Positions 24,699 through 36,631 of a stretch of 64,000 nt of DNA are shown piece by piece. The notes beneath the pieces are model-generated. The model saw only the letters and a list, made by a program, of their open reading frames with translations. It was not told the origin of the DNA and ran no database searches. The position numbers and the translations under genes were made by a program. The stretch comes from Paragordius varius (lineage: Eukaryota; Animalia; Nematomorpha): NCBI GenBank assembly GCA_964247055.1, contig OZ176052.1:8680001-8744000 (forward strand), in the 5' to 3' direction. Within the stretch, counting starts at the first letter, position 1, and every line of letters starts with the position of its first letter.

Positions 24699-27224
24699 TG
24701 GACTGACGAGCTAATATTAGAGTCAAAAATTAATACCATATTTATTACATCACATTGCATTTAGTTTCTAAATAATAAATCATTATATCGCTATTCCAAT
24801 CAATCCCCTTTAAAAAATCAGTCAATGGCCTTGGTTACGACCCAGAACACAGGTCCGTCCGTTTTTTAAAGTGGTCAAAGTTCTATTACATATAAGCCCA
24901 ATAATCTAATATTTACAGAGTATATAATGTTCTTTTTATAAATTTTGCTTTTGAAATAGTCTAAGTAGGCGAAAATAACGACAGATGCAAATTATTAAGG
25001 GATCAAATTTTAGAATATATATTTATCTGATTAATTTATATGATAATTGTTTATAATATTTTTTATATGGAAACCATGCGTAGCCATAGGTCCCACCGGT
25101 TTTTTTAAAAAAACACATTTTTGAACGGAAATCTATTATTTATTTTTAAATATTTCCCTTTAGTTTCTACACATTTTGCCTATCTTTCAGTTGTATGAAT
25201 GCCATCCCAAAAAACTTATTCTCTTTTGTAGAAAACCATTTTTCAAATGATTCAACGTATTGAAAATTGCTAGAGTGCTGCTCTGCGATCTTGTTTCCCG
25301 GTGTTGAGGAGAGCTAACAGTCAGATCGTGACAGGTCAGGAGAGTAGCGGATGCGGAATTCCATCGAAGCGATTATAAGGTGTTTTTAACTGGCTTTGTT
25401 GTGTAAGACGGATAATTGGCTTGTAGCGAATCACTTTGCGTCTTCTGGATTCTGGTCGTGTTTCAATTAATGCATTGTTTGAATTAATCATTTGTTGTCA
25501 ATAGCGCAAGTTAACAGTTAATTAAAAATTAAATAGCGGTTAGGTCTTATTTGGCAGATCATGGTTCTCCTGCTGAAGCAATTTGTTTTTGGGGTTGAAG
25601 AACCAGTTTGACATAGCTAAATTGCACGTCTTATCCGTAAATTCACAAAGTAAAGCCATTTTTTATCACCCGCCAATTTGATTTCCTTTCGTGACGTTGA
25701 AGCACTACTAACTTCGTGTTTCTATTAAAAGTTGATAATTGTGTACCCATCATTTATTAGTCTTTCCCATTGTAGCGTCTAATGATTGTTTTATGTTATC
25801 TGTGTAATCTTCTGCCAATATTCGTTAGTCCTCATTATACAACTCTTGCACTTTGCGTCTTCTCAGTTACGGGGTGTACCAGATCGCATACTCTCCACAT
25901 TGAAATTAACTTTCATTTTTGAAACCATGTTTCCAATGTTTAATTGATGGACCATTTTTACCATATGTTTCTATCAGCGGACTGTCAAAAGCCTTTTACT
26001 TCTAATCAGGGTTTCGAACCGAAATCACATAAAACCGGAACCTGTAATCTTAGATTTTAGCGATAATTCGTTTCGTTGGGAGCAACCCGGCTCCTGTTTA
26101 ACTTCCGCAGAAACCACCCAGGTTCTATTTTAAAATTCTTAGGAACCAGCCCGGTTCCCTCCACAATAAATGGCTCTCATATGTTTTTATTTTTAAAAAT
26201 AAAATGTGTTGTTTAAAATGATTGGATAACATTTTTTCTAGTTTCCTATCGAAATGGAATCACCATCATAATTTAAGAATTTGTTTTTAAAAAATGACTT
26301 TTAAATAAAAAATTTTTATGATAACATTTTTTTCTTATTCAATTGGAATGAAATTACCATGTTGATTTTTTAATATCTACCTTTAACTTAAAAAGAACCA
26401 CAAACATAATCTAGGTAGATGTTTATAACTATAGAATAGAACATTACTTTGTTAATTAATAAATAATAGATATGGTAAAAAATTAGAAGTTATATATTGG
26501 AGTTTCAGATGGGATATTTACTTCTAAAATTTTAAAATATTTAATATACCTAAATTTCAACAAAATCACAAACTATAGCATAATAATCAATTTTACCCAC
26601 AAAAAATAATGAGTTACATTATAAATTAGTGATATTCAAACCGCGGTTCACGAGAGGCATGAAGCCCTATGGATTTTTTTGGCCATAGATTTCGCTAAAA
26701 TATTAAATTTTATTATGTAATGTTAAATTAGCGGTACATATTGCAGTTCACAACATAATATTATTTGTAAATTGGTGTGAATATAATAAAAAACAAGGAT
26801 CTCGCCATTTTATGTAAGGTAATATATAAATTTAACATATTATATCTTTAATAGTCAGGTATTCGATTAATTTATATTGTGGTTCGCTTTAGGTAAATAT
26901 ATTTTAAAGGGGCCTGCGAAATTTTATTGGTGATTAACACTGCTATATGAATATACATACTTATATCTCCAAACCTAAAACTCGCCTTATATTAGCCACG
27001 AAACTCTCTCTCTCAGCTTTCAGTAAAAAAAGCTTTTTACGCTAAATTTAATATTTTCAGATGAGAAATAGACTGACTAAATTGTTTGGTGCAATCATTT
27101 TTTAAAATTTAAATAAATATTTGCTCCATAGATGCGATCCATAATTATACAAAAACCCCTATGACCCACCTTATACATTTAGCTACATTATGTTCTTTAC
27201 AATTGTTAATATTTTGGTTTATAT

Positions 27225-29550
27225 CAGGGCTTCTTAAACTTTTGTAATTCCCGACCCCATTTATGATAGAGAGTTTCTTAACGACCCCAACAATTCGAAA
27301 AACTCTTAGAAATTTTGTTGATAATAATTATCAGGATTATTCGGTTTTAAGAGATTGACAAAAATAAATCTACATTTTTTATAAATTTCTATAACATCTT
27401 CTGATTCATAGTAAATTTATACAAGATATTATTATGATCGGTGGTCCTTTTTTAAAGGAAATGATATTATACAAATTCCCCAGAAATTTGTTTAGTTGAA
27501 CTCGTATGGCTTTTTATTTTTTGAAAATTAGCTCCAAAACCATTAAACCGGTGGACGCCTACCCATAGACCTATATGGAAAAAGCGATAAATTCTTTGCC
27601 TTTATAGGGCAGATATTTGGAATCATCTTTGATACAATCGTCGCATGGGTTATTCGAAAAATTCCACAACACTATATTATCGTTATATGATGGCGTATTT
27701 TTAGGGCATAAAGGTCCCAAATTAACGGCTAATAAAATAACGCCTGATTTTTTGACCTAGTTACGGATAATATTTCAAGTTTTTAAGCTCATATGGCTTC
27801 ATAAATTTTTTGTAAATCCGCTCCAAAACAAAGCATTTTCTATACAGTATCGCAGTTTTTGGCGAATAGCTCCTAACCCAGGGCAGGTATAAAAAGCGCT
27901 GGTTAAAATTTTTGCCTCATATGGGGAATATTTGGAATTATCATGGAATCCATATGTTCCTATTAGACTCATGGGTTTTATGATATTTGGCTCCAAAGGC
28001 ATGCTGTACCGAGATGGTGACGCAGTTTTACGCGAGTAGCCTCTAACCAGGGGCGAAACAAAAAAACGCTCGATTAAATTTTTTAATTCGGGTAATACCT
28101 GGAATCATAATTGATTCCATATGCTCTCGTGGTGCCCCAAAACCAACATGGTGGCGCATTAATTTAAGAAAACCGCTCTACTCAAATTTTTCCCTTTTTA
28201 CGGGCAATATTTCAAGCCCTTATTGAGCTCATATGGCCTGATAAGTATTCTAAAATTGGCCTCCAAGGTTATGCTGTATCGATATGGTGTTGCAGTTGTA
28301 GGCGGGTAACCCCCTATGCAGAAGCCAATATAAAAGACGATCCATAAAAATTTTTGCTTTTATTGGAAAATACCTGGAATCATAATTTAAACCATATGTT
28401 CTTAATAGTTTTTGGACGAAAGGCTTCAAGACTAAATATTAGTTCAATGATAGCGCATTTATAGGGAGTAAAGGGCCTAAACGGCCAATTAAAACCGCTA
28501 AACTAAAATTTTTGCCTTTTTATTGGTAATATTTTAGACCCTTATTAAACTTAGCTGATAAGTTTTCTAAAAATTAACTCCTAAACAACACAATTTCATA
28601 TGATGGCGCAGTTTTAGCCGGGTAGCTCTTACCCAAAGGCTGATATAAAAACAGCGCTTGATTAAAATTTTTGCCTTTTTACAGAGAATACATGGAATCA
28701 TGATTGATTCCATATGTTCTCATTAGTTTTTGGAAAAATTGCCTCAAAATTAAAAAATCATTCTATGGTAGTGAATTTTTCAGGGCCTGAAGGGCCTAAT
28801 TAACGGCTTATTTTAGAAGACCGCACGATCTAAATTTTTGCCTTGTTACGGGTAATATTTTAAGCAGCAATTGAACTCATATGGCCTGATAGCTTTTCTG
28901 AAATTTAGCCCCAAGGGCACGTTATTTCGATATGACGGTCAGTTTTTAGCGGGTAGTTCCTTACCCAGCAACTATCATCAAAGAAACGCTTGATAAAATT
29001 TTTGCCTTTTAACAGGGAATACGTGCAATCCTTATTGAATTTTTACGGTCTCATATCTTGGGCGAAAAATAGAATCAAAAAATTATTTTTGTGGACTTTG
29101 TTTTTTTAAAAAAAATGTAATTTTATGGGGGGAGCGGGTAAAAAGACGGCCTAAATTAAAAATGCGAGCCGACTATGCATGGCGCAATCTATAAGTAAAC
29201 AAATAATACATTTGATTGAATGGTCCAACACGTTCTCCGGAAAATTGACTCAAAGACACGATTTTTGTGGAATTCTATTTTCAAAAACCCGTGTTTTACA
29301 CGGGATGGGCCCGAACTGGGGACCTTATTCAAAAAAAGGCCGATATTGCCGGGGCATTTATTAATTAATATATTTTTTTGACATTTGGATTTGAATGGGT
29401 CTACCGGTTCGCAAACAGATCATAAAGCCGCTTTTTCCATTTTTATACAATATAGATTTTACAAGTAAAAAAACATTTTTTGTTGAATTTTAATTTTATC
29501 ACTCGCGACCCCATAATTTTGCTACGCGACCCATAGTTTAAGAAGCCCTG
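27225..29550. mobile_element. hAT (Charlie/Buster-like) non-autonomous element B (inserted in element A)
   Basis: Perfect 16-bp TIR CAGGGCTTCTTAAACT / AGTTTAAGAAGCCCTG and perfect 8-bp TSD GTTTATAT (27217-27224, 29551-29558). No transposase ORF. Confidence 0.9.
27580..29050. repeat. Diverged ~160-bp tandem (satellite-like) array, ~10 units, alternating two subunit types
   Basis: An anchor of the form aaatttttgcctttt(t)ac(a/g)gg recurs near 27590, 27745, 27905, 28078, 28185, 28350, 28507, 28665, 28833 and 28998. It is followed alternately by aatatttcaag..ctcatatggcctgata or aatacctggaatcat..gattccatatgttc. Confidence 0.8.
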
Positions 29551-31037
29551 GTTTATATAATAATGTATGAAATCATTTAAATGAAACCGTTTCCAAATGT
29601 ATAGGTCTCGTAACCGTTCAAATTATAAGGATACACAGCTACCACCTGGTTCCGGTTCTACTTTTTTAGACCCGGTTTAAAGCCTTGCTTCTTATGGAAT
29701 AAGCAAAGCAATGCGTGCCGCAATTATTCAAGCACAAAATTAAATATTTCCGGGTTGCTATTTGGCTGACTAAATTTGCATGTGTTTGTCGTTCAATGTC
29801 AGATGTACAAAAAGGCATGAGGTGAAATTAATCGGTGGTGAACTATTCGTTGATGTTTTCTCTTAATTAATCCGCTAATGACTTATGACTCTATGCTAAT
29901 GTTCATTTTAGCCGTCGTATTCAGTATTTACTGAAATTTATTCGATCTTCTTGCGAATCACAAATTAAATGACTATTTCAAATTTCTTTAGTATATAAAT
30001 TATACAATATAATCGAAACAAAATAAATCTTGAGTTATCACCTTGAACACTCCACTTTCTTAGCAAAATATAGTTTCTAATATCCCCTCATCAGTTTTTA
30101 GGATAATTTAATTTCATAAGGGAACCGTATAATTTTATTTTAAGATTTTTAAGGTGGCCGGAATTTTAAATTAGGGATAAATTCAATTTTAATAAAATGT
30201 TAGCTATATCGTATCTATCCTTTAAGCGAATCGGCTTATTCATATATAAAACGATTACCAATCTTTCGCTTTTGAATGTTACATAACTGATTAATTTAAA
30301 ACTTATATAATAATATTTTTGAGCATAAGCAAATATATAATTATAATTAACGTTAACTTCGGGAAACGTTTTTATACGATTTCTTTGAAATAAAAATGTA
30401 GCTAAATGACACAGGCAAATATTTTTAATAATTAATGAAAATACCAATAAATGTAACAACAATTTTTAAAATTTTTATGAAGTGAGAAAATTGCGATTCA
30501 TCATTCATTTTTCGTTTGTTGTGTTCACATTATAATTCAATCGGATAAAAACCAATCAATAATTTTTATAATATAAAAAGTCAAAATTTAATTTTTTGCT
30601 TTCACATCACGACTAAAAAAGCATTATAGATTCCATGTGCTATTTTAAGCAATATTAGTTGGTATTTGTATTTTTTTTCAAAAAAATTCTTAATTATTCC
30701 GATATTTTTTTATACCAAATGTCTCAAATATTGTTTTAACATTATTACATATTATATCTATCACGCATTCTAAAGAGGTATTTTATATTTGTATTAACAA
30801 AAAAGGACGTATTTTATATAGTTCATTTACGATTTTAGGGTTCAACTAACTAAATCTTTCTTATAGTTTTGATATAACTACCGAATTTACTGTCCAAATA
30901 AACGCTTGTGGGCAAATTTTAAAAAACCGATCTTTGAACGCTTTCATTCGAAAGAAGAGCTGCGATAGGCATAATTAAATAAAATTAACTTAGCAGTTGT
31001 TGGAGGTAGAAACGGTTCTAAACTAAGCTTTTATTTA

Positions 31038-31266
31038 TAGGGGCGTCCAACACAAATGGCTTCGGGGCCACATTTTTGATTTCGCGAAATTATTTCAAAA
31101 TTTAATAAATTATTTATGTATTCCCATATATATTACAAATAAAATTTTTGCTTAATAAATATCAATTTCAATATGATTTTGTGAGCATATTTTGCAAATT
31201 ATGGATTTCCAAATTTTTCACGGGCCGCACATAATTTATCGGAGGGCCGCCTATTATATACCTTTG
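31038..31266 (+). mobile_element. hAT-type MITE family C, copy 1
   Basis: Starts (t)AGGGGCGTCCAACACAAATGGCTTCGGGGCCACAT, with internal GGGCCGC motifs near the right end. Homologous to 31674-31903, 35520-35772 and 38358-38640. Confidence 0.7.
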
Positions 31267-31673
31267 ATCTAAATAATTTATATAACACTATAGTTATAAT
31301 TTAAAAGTTATCGAGCAAATATAATTCAATTCGTATCTAATTTACGTTATAAAATTTAATGATAAGGCAATTAAATAGGAATTTTCTGTTAATAAACGAT
31401 TATAAAATATTTTTTAAGATTTATTGAGACCATATTTTAAAGAAATAATTTGTATGCTCTTTCTACAAATACTAGTCTTTGATTTAGCGTAAACACAAAA
31501 TAATCTTAGATTTGAGTGAAATATTCCACTATTAAAGTATTCCTTTAAAAACGCTCTTAGAACGTTACCACATAGGAATTAGGAAACAAAGTCCCATTTT
31601 GACCATTTTTTTCGCTTTTTGAGCTGAATTGCTTCTTTGAGACTAACTTACAATTCAACTGCATGCCTTAGAT

Positions 31674-31903
31674 CAGATGCACATGCGGCCCGCGGAAAAT
31701 TTGGAAATTCTTAATTTTCAAAAATATGCTCAAAAAACCTTAGCATAATTGATATTTCTTAATTTTTTTTAATAAATCTATCCAATTGAACACTAGAAAA
31801 AAATGTAATTTGCTTCATTGTTAAAAATTTAATGAGTTATTTTTAAATGTCCATATATATATTTTGAATGCGGCCCGCGAATCATTTGTGTTGGACATTC
31901 CTA
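31674..31903 (-). mobile_element. hAT-type MITE family C, copy 2 (inverted)
   Basis: Right end reads GCGGCCCGCGAATCATTTGTGTTGGACATTCCTA. The flanks CCTTAGAT / CCTCAGAT give a 7/8 TSD match. Confidence 0.7.
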
Positions 31904-34900
31904 CCTCAGATTATCAACCATATTTAAAAAACATACGTTACTTATAGTGTAACCATTGTGTTATTAAAGAATATATTTATCAAATCAATTCAAATTTTAG
32001 TTTTTTGAGATAATTTTTTTTTGAAATTCCATCACAGTTTATAATTAAATTTTAACTTTTTCATAAACCCATTTTTTCAAAAAATTTAATTTGCATGATT
32101 TGCAACTATAAAGGTTAGATTTATTAAATGTTGTAATTTCGGACGAACAGTTAGTTACTAATGTAAAACACATATCCAATTATTTTGAAAAATAGCATAT
32201 TTTTAATACATAATCAGTAGGGATTAAATACTATTTATCTATCTATATGTATATCTATATGTAATCTAAATCGATAATCAATAACTTTGTCCAAGTTTGT
32301 TCTATTATCACAATGTTCCTTTTAAACTATGCTGAGAAGTTTATAAAAAAATAATAATTTGGAAAGTTGTTTAAACAATTTAATACAAAATTCGTTTAAT
32401 AGCTACATAATATTTTGTGTTTATTATTATGCATGATACATTCTGTCTCCTATAGATATATGTATATAGTTGTACATTACACTTTTATCCTTGGATCCTT
32501 ACAGATATTAGTTTTAAAATTGTTTAAATAATATTAATTTTTGAAAACAACTCTTTTAAAGTTAGAGGATTCGATTATTTATAATAATTATAATTTGCAA
32601 TTTTCAAAAAATAACATATCTAAGATTTTAGTTATATTATATGAATAGACATGACTTTCTTGGATTCCTTCGAATCTTATATTATAATATTTTGAAATTT
32701 ATGAAATTTAAGCTCATAATACTCTCTGAGACATATATTTTAGCTGAAATAATTTTGTTTGATTTTCACCTCTAATAAAACAAAAATGCTAAAAATTTAT
32801 TTTTTACATCATTAAACCTATTACGGATAATTATTTCTTTTATACAGACATGTCTATAATTTTTTGATGTTACTAATGTCTGCACACGATATCATAAATG
32901 TGACAAAGAATAAGAAATTTTTAATAAATTAAACCTTTTCCATCTTTTTTTGCAGTTAACTATAATGAAAAAACATTTTTTTATCATCAAACACAAAAGT
33001 TGTAAAATCATAATGATAATAATATGAAATAATGATACAATGATAATTAAAATTTAATTATTTTTATTGATTAAATAATTAACAATAATGTATTTTTCTG
33101 TTCCATTTTATAGTTGGCAAACATAATCGTCAATTTCCGTTTTTTATAAATCTTATAGGCTTTAAAAATCCTAAATTTGGAAATGTATGAAAAATTAATT
33201 TAAATAAAATTAAAATCTAAGGTCATTTAGCAAAAACAAAACTGGAGGAATTGATATTTTTGTTTAATAATACTTTAGCAAACAATGTAGAAAAATAATA
33301 AATTTATCAAGCCAGATAAATGAATTTATGTATAATTATATGGGCCGATGGAAAATGTATTATATTTTTCAACGTGTATCTTTAATTGAAGGGATGCTTT
33401 TTATACGTTTTCGTTGATTAAATTTAACAATGGGCCTTCAAAATCTTAAAATTTCGAGGATTGGACGTCATTTATAAAAAAATAAATGCAAAAAACCGGA
33501 ATTCGCTAAATAGCTCACCATCAATCGTTTCATTCTCTGTATTAAATATGACATAAAACGACAAAATTTCAATCATATATTTATTTAATAAGACAAGACA
33601 CGTTTAAAAATTAATGGCCAATATTTTAACATTTTAAAAATATCGAAAACACCCGACATAATTTTAAAATTAAATATCTTAATTTTTAACTAAACCATAC
33701 TAACGCTTTTATTTAGGAATTTAAATTTTTAAATGTGATTTCCGATGTGGTTATTTCATATTTCTTATATTATCACAAATGAATGGTAAAAATGTTAGCT
33801 GTTTGTGTAATAGCTATATAAAATTATAGCAAAGATATTGACGTGAGTTTTGTTTGACTTTTTGACTTTTTGCATTTATTTCTCTTATGTGGCGTGGAAC
33901 ACCAAACTTTTTATTACAGTATGCATTTTAATGGTTGATTATTTCACATTATAGTAGGACAATTATCAACACAGGAGTGTAGGGAAGAAAGAAAAGAAAT
34001 AAATTTTGATTCAACATTTTGCTGTTTTTTCCATACTCTACTGTGTTACAAATAGCCCAGCTATAGTGTGAACACCATTTTAATGTAAAAACTGTTTGAT
34101 ATTATATAAAAAATACATATTTTTAAACGTGTAATATATTATTTGTAAAAAAAGTATGTACCTTTGCAAAAACTTATTTTGAGGCAAAGTTGACCAACAC
34201 TGATTGAATGCATTTACGTACAATAATAGCGTATTTAGCGCTTTTTCTAGATGATTTTTTCTAATATGTTCAGATCGCCATTTCTATCCCTCGCTTTCAT
34301 ACTCAATAATAATTGTCTCCCCTATCTTAAAATTATTTGCTTTTTTTGTACACAATAATTTTTTGAAAAAAAAATTAACCATATTTCGGTTCTTTTTGTA
34401 AAAACACGTTATATTGTCACTTGAATTCATTATAATGATATTTTTTTAATAAAACTTTTTTTATCTAAATTATTTAATTTTGTGGCGATTAAAAATATCC
34501 AAATTTTATACGAAAAACTCCAATTTTCTTAGGAAAGAGATGGTATGATAGATAGCATTTTAGTTTAATTTTAGCCTATAATTGGATAATATTATTATTG
34601 TTTTATCTATCACAAAGAAATGAAATTTGATAATTTATGATATCCTTTACATTACATTTTGTCTGTCTGCTCTCAAAGCATAAAAATTATATTATCATAT
34701 TTTTCAAATCTTCAAATCTTGATTTCTATGTTTTTTGTTTGTTTTAACCAAATTCGCCAAAATATTATGATTTATTTAATTTAACATTTGTAAAACTATT
34801 TTTAGCTTTGTTGGACATTGTTTTAATTTTCTTTTACCATGACAAATTCAATGAAGGAAGGATTAGATTACATTGTCACAAGAATTTTTTTTATTGATAA

Positions 34901-35519
34901 AAAATGAAAATATTTTTTATTATAATTAGTATTATATGGAAACATTTTAACATTTTAATGGGTGATTCGCTGTCCTTTGTCCCTGGCACTTGAATACTTA
35001 GGGACATTTTTAAACAAAACTTTTTTTGTCTTTCAAAATTTTTATTGTGTTTTATGACCTATAATTCTAAGTAAGGAAACCATAAATTATGCTAAAATTA
35101 TTATTTATTAAATGACAACGTAATAATCTTTATTTTTATCTTTATATACATACTTAAAAATAAATATATAAATTTGCTCATAAGCATATATCGTCCTCAT
35201 TCATATTTTATTTATATATACACATATATAAATATTTTTTTGTACTACATTTCTTGCTCCATACTTTTTGAGATGTGTTTTACAGTAAATATTACGCATC
35301 TTTCTTAAAATGAAAATACTTTTATTGAAAATATGGATACAATATCTTAATTTATAAAATTTAATCTTAGGATAATTTTTATCATTCAAAATTCGACGAG
35401 AAATAATTGGCGGATCAGTAAGCCTAAATTATTTAATAATTTTATTTTTTATATTATTTTTGATTCGTTGGGACTTCTGCCCCTAAAAACAATTTTTTTT
35501 GAAATAATAATGTTTAGAT

Positions 35520-35772
35520 CAGGGGTGCCCAACACAAATGGCTTCGGGGTCCGCATTTAGGGATTTTAGAAATTATATAAGGGTTTGAACAAATATTTTA
35601 TTAGATTTCATACCGAAGAATGTAAAATCAACTATTTATTTAACATATTTTGCTAGTTCATTGCCAAAATTTAGAAAGATTTATCAGAATATTTGTTTAG
35701 AATAATATTTTCATAGATTTCGTTAAATTTTATAATTGATATTTCTAGCGGACCGCGTGTTGCATGCCCCTG
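35520..35772 (+). mobile_element. hAT-type MITE family C, copy 3
   Basis: Runs CAGGGGTGCCCAACAC...TTGCATGCCCCTG with a perfect 8-bp TSD GTTTAGAT (35512-35519, 35773-35780). Confidence 0.85.
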
Positions 35773-36631
35773 GTTTAGATAAAATAAAATAATTTTTAAG
35801 CAAATTTATCGTTTAACATTTAATTTAATTTTTGTATCGCAAATTTTAGGATTCTGCCCAGATATTCTTAACATCACTCTTTTTTAGTAATCCAACATAG
35901 TATATAGTTTATTGAAAACATATTTATGTATTTAGAAACCAATTCTATCAAAAATATTAATTCATTAAATACATATCATAGATAGATCTTGTAGCAGATC
36001 AGACTGTTTACTCAGTGTATAATGAGAGCAAATCTATTTTGATTATATCTGATTTGTTAGATGTGAAATAAATTGGTTCATTTTATATTTAGTGTGAAAT
36101 AATAAACACATAAATAACAACCGTTATGAACTGTATTATATATATATACATAACAGTCAAATTTTTCTTTGATCTTTGAAAACAAACAAATACTTTTTTT
36201 CTGGTTTCGTGGTATCAATTTAATATATATTGTTTTAAATACACCTACATTTCATATCCTAGATTACAAAATATATGTGCCTAGACCAAACCAACATTCA
36301 ACCAAAAAACAACTTTCGATTTCTATCAGTCAATATATCAGAAGCTTATACAACAACACATAATAATAAATTATAACATTTGTGCGCGCTGAAAATGCGC
36401 AAAAATCAAAAATGAATTTTTCAATTTTCGTTTACATACGATTATGCCTTCCTGCAATAATAATTTTAATATATCAGATATTTAATCCATATGAAAACCT
36501 GTTTTTAAAATATCTACAATCACCAAATATCCGATCAGAAATGATATTTTTGGAAATTTATTCCTGGCTTTGAAAAGTTTTAGCACGAAAATTCCTAACT
36601 TATTTTAAACCAAAACATCCAAAAGACAAAC

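Larger units (their letters stand above)
26007..29687. mobile_element. hAT-type non-autonomous element A (inserted in the mariner)
   Basis: Imperfect TIRs: CAGGGTTTCGAACCG...AAAACCGGAACC versus the reverse complement of the right end, CAAGGCTTTAAACCG...AGAACCGGAACC. The 8-bp TSD is CTTCTAAT (25999-26006) / CTTCTTAT (29688-29695). Confidence 0.7.
25085..29900 (-). mobile_element. Second degenerate mariner copy, split by nested insertions at 26007-29687
   Basis: Minus-strand remnants: FNFVLE*LRHALLCLFHKK (29690-29745), LIETYGK...EDAKVQELYNED and GGDKKWLYFVN (25600-26000). The 3' part aligns by eye to 1930-2250. Outer ends are approximate. Confidence 0.75.

Noticed and set aside
27580-29050. 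Regularly spaced repeats as a CRISPR array
   Set aside because: Whole ~160-bp monomers are homologous to each other, so there is no repeat-spacer structure.
29179-29364. Short ORFs in intergenic or intronic AT-rich DNA (also 1806-2006, 30166-30462, 35201-35389, 43478-43705, 45339-45527, 53984-54235)
   Set aside because: They have I/F/K/Y/N-biased composition typical of chance ORFs or lie within TE remnants, with no recognisable motifs.
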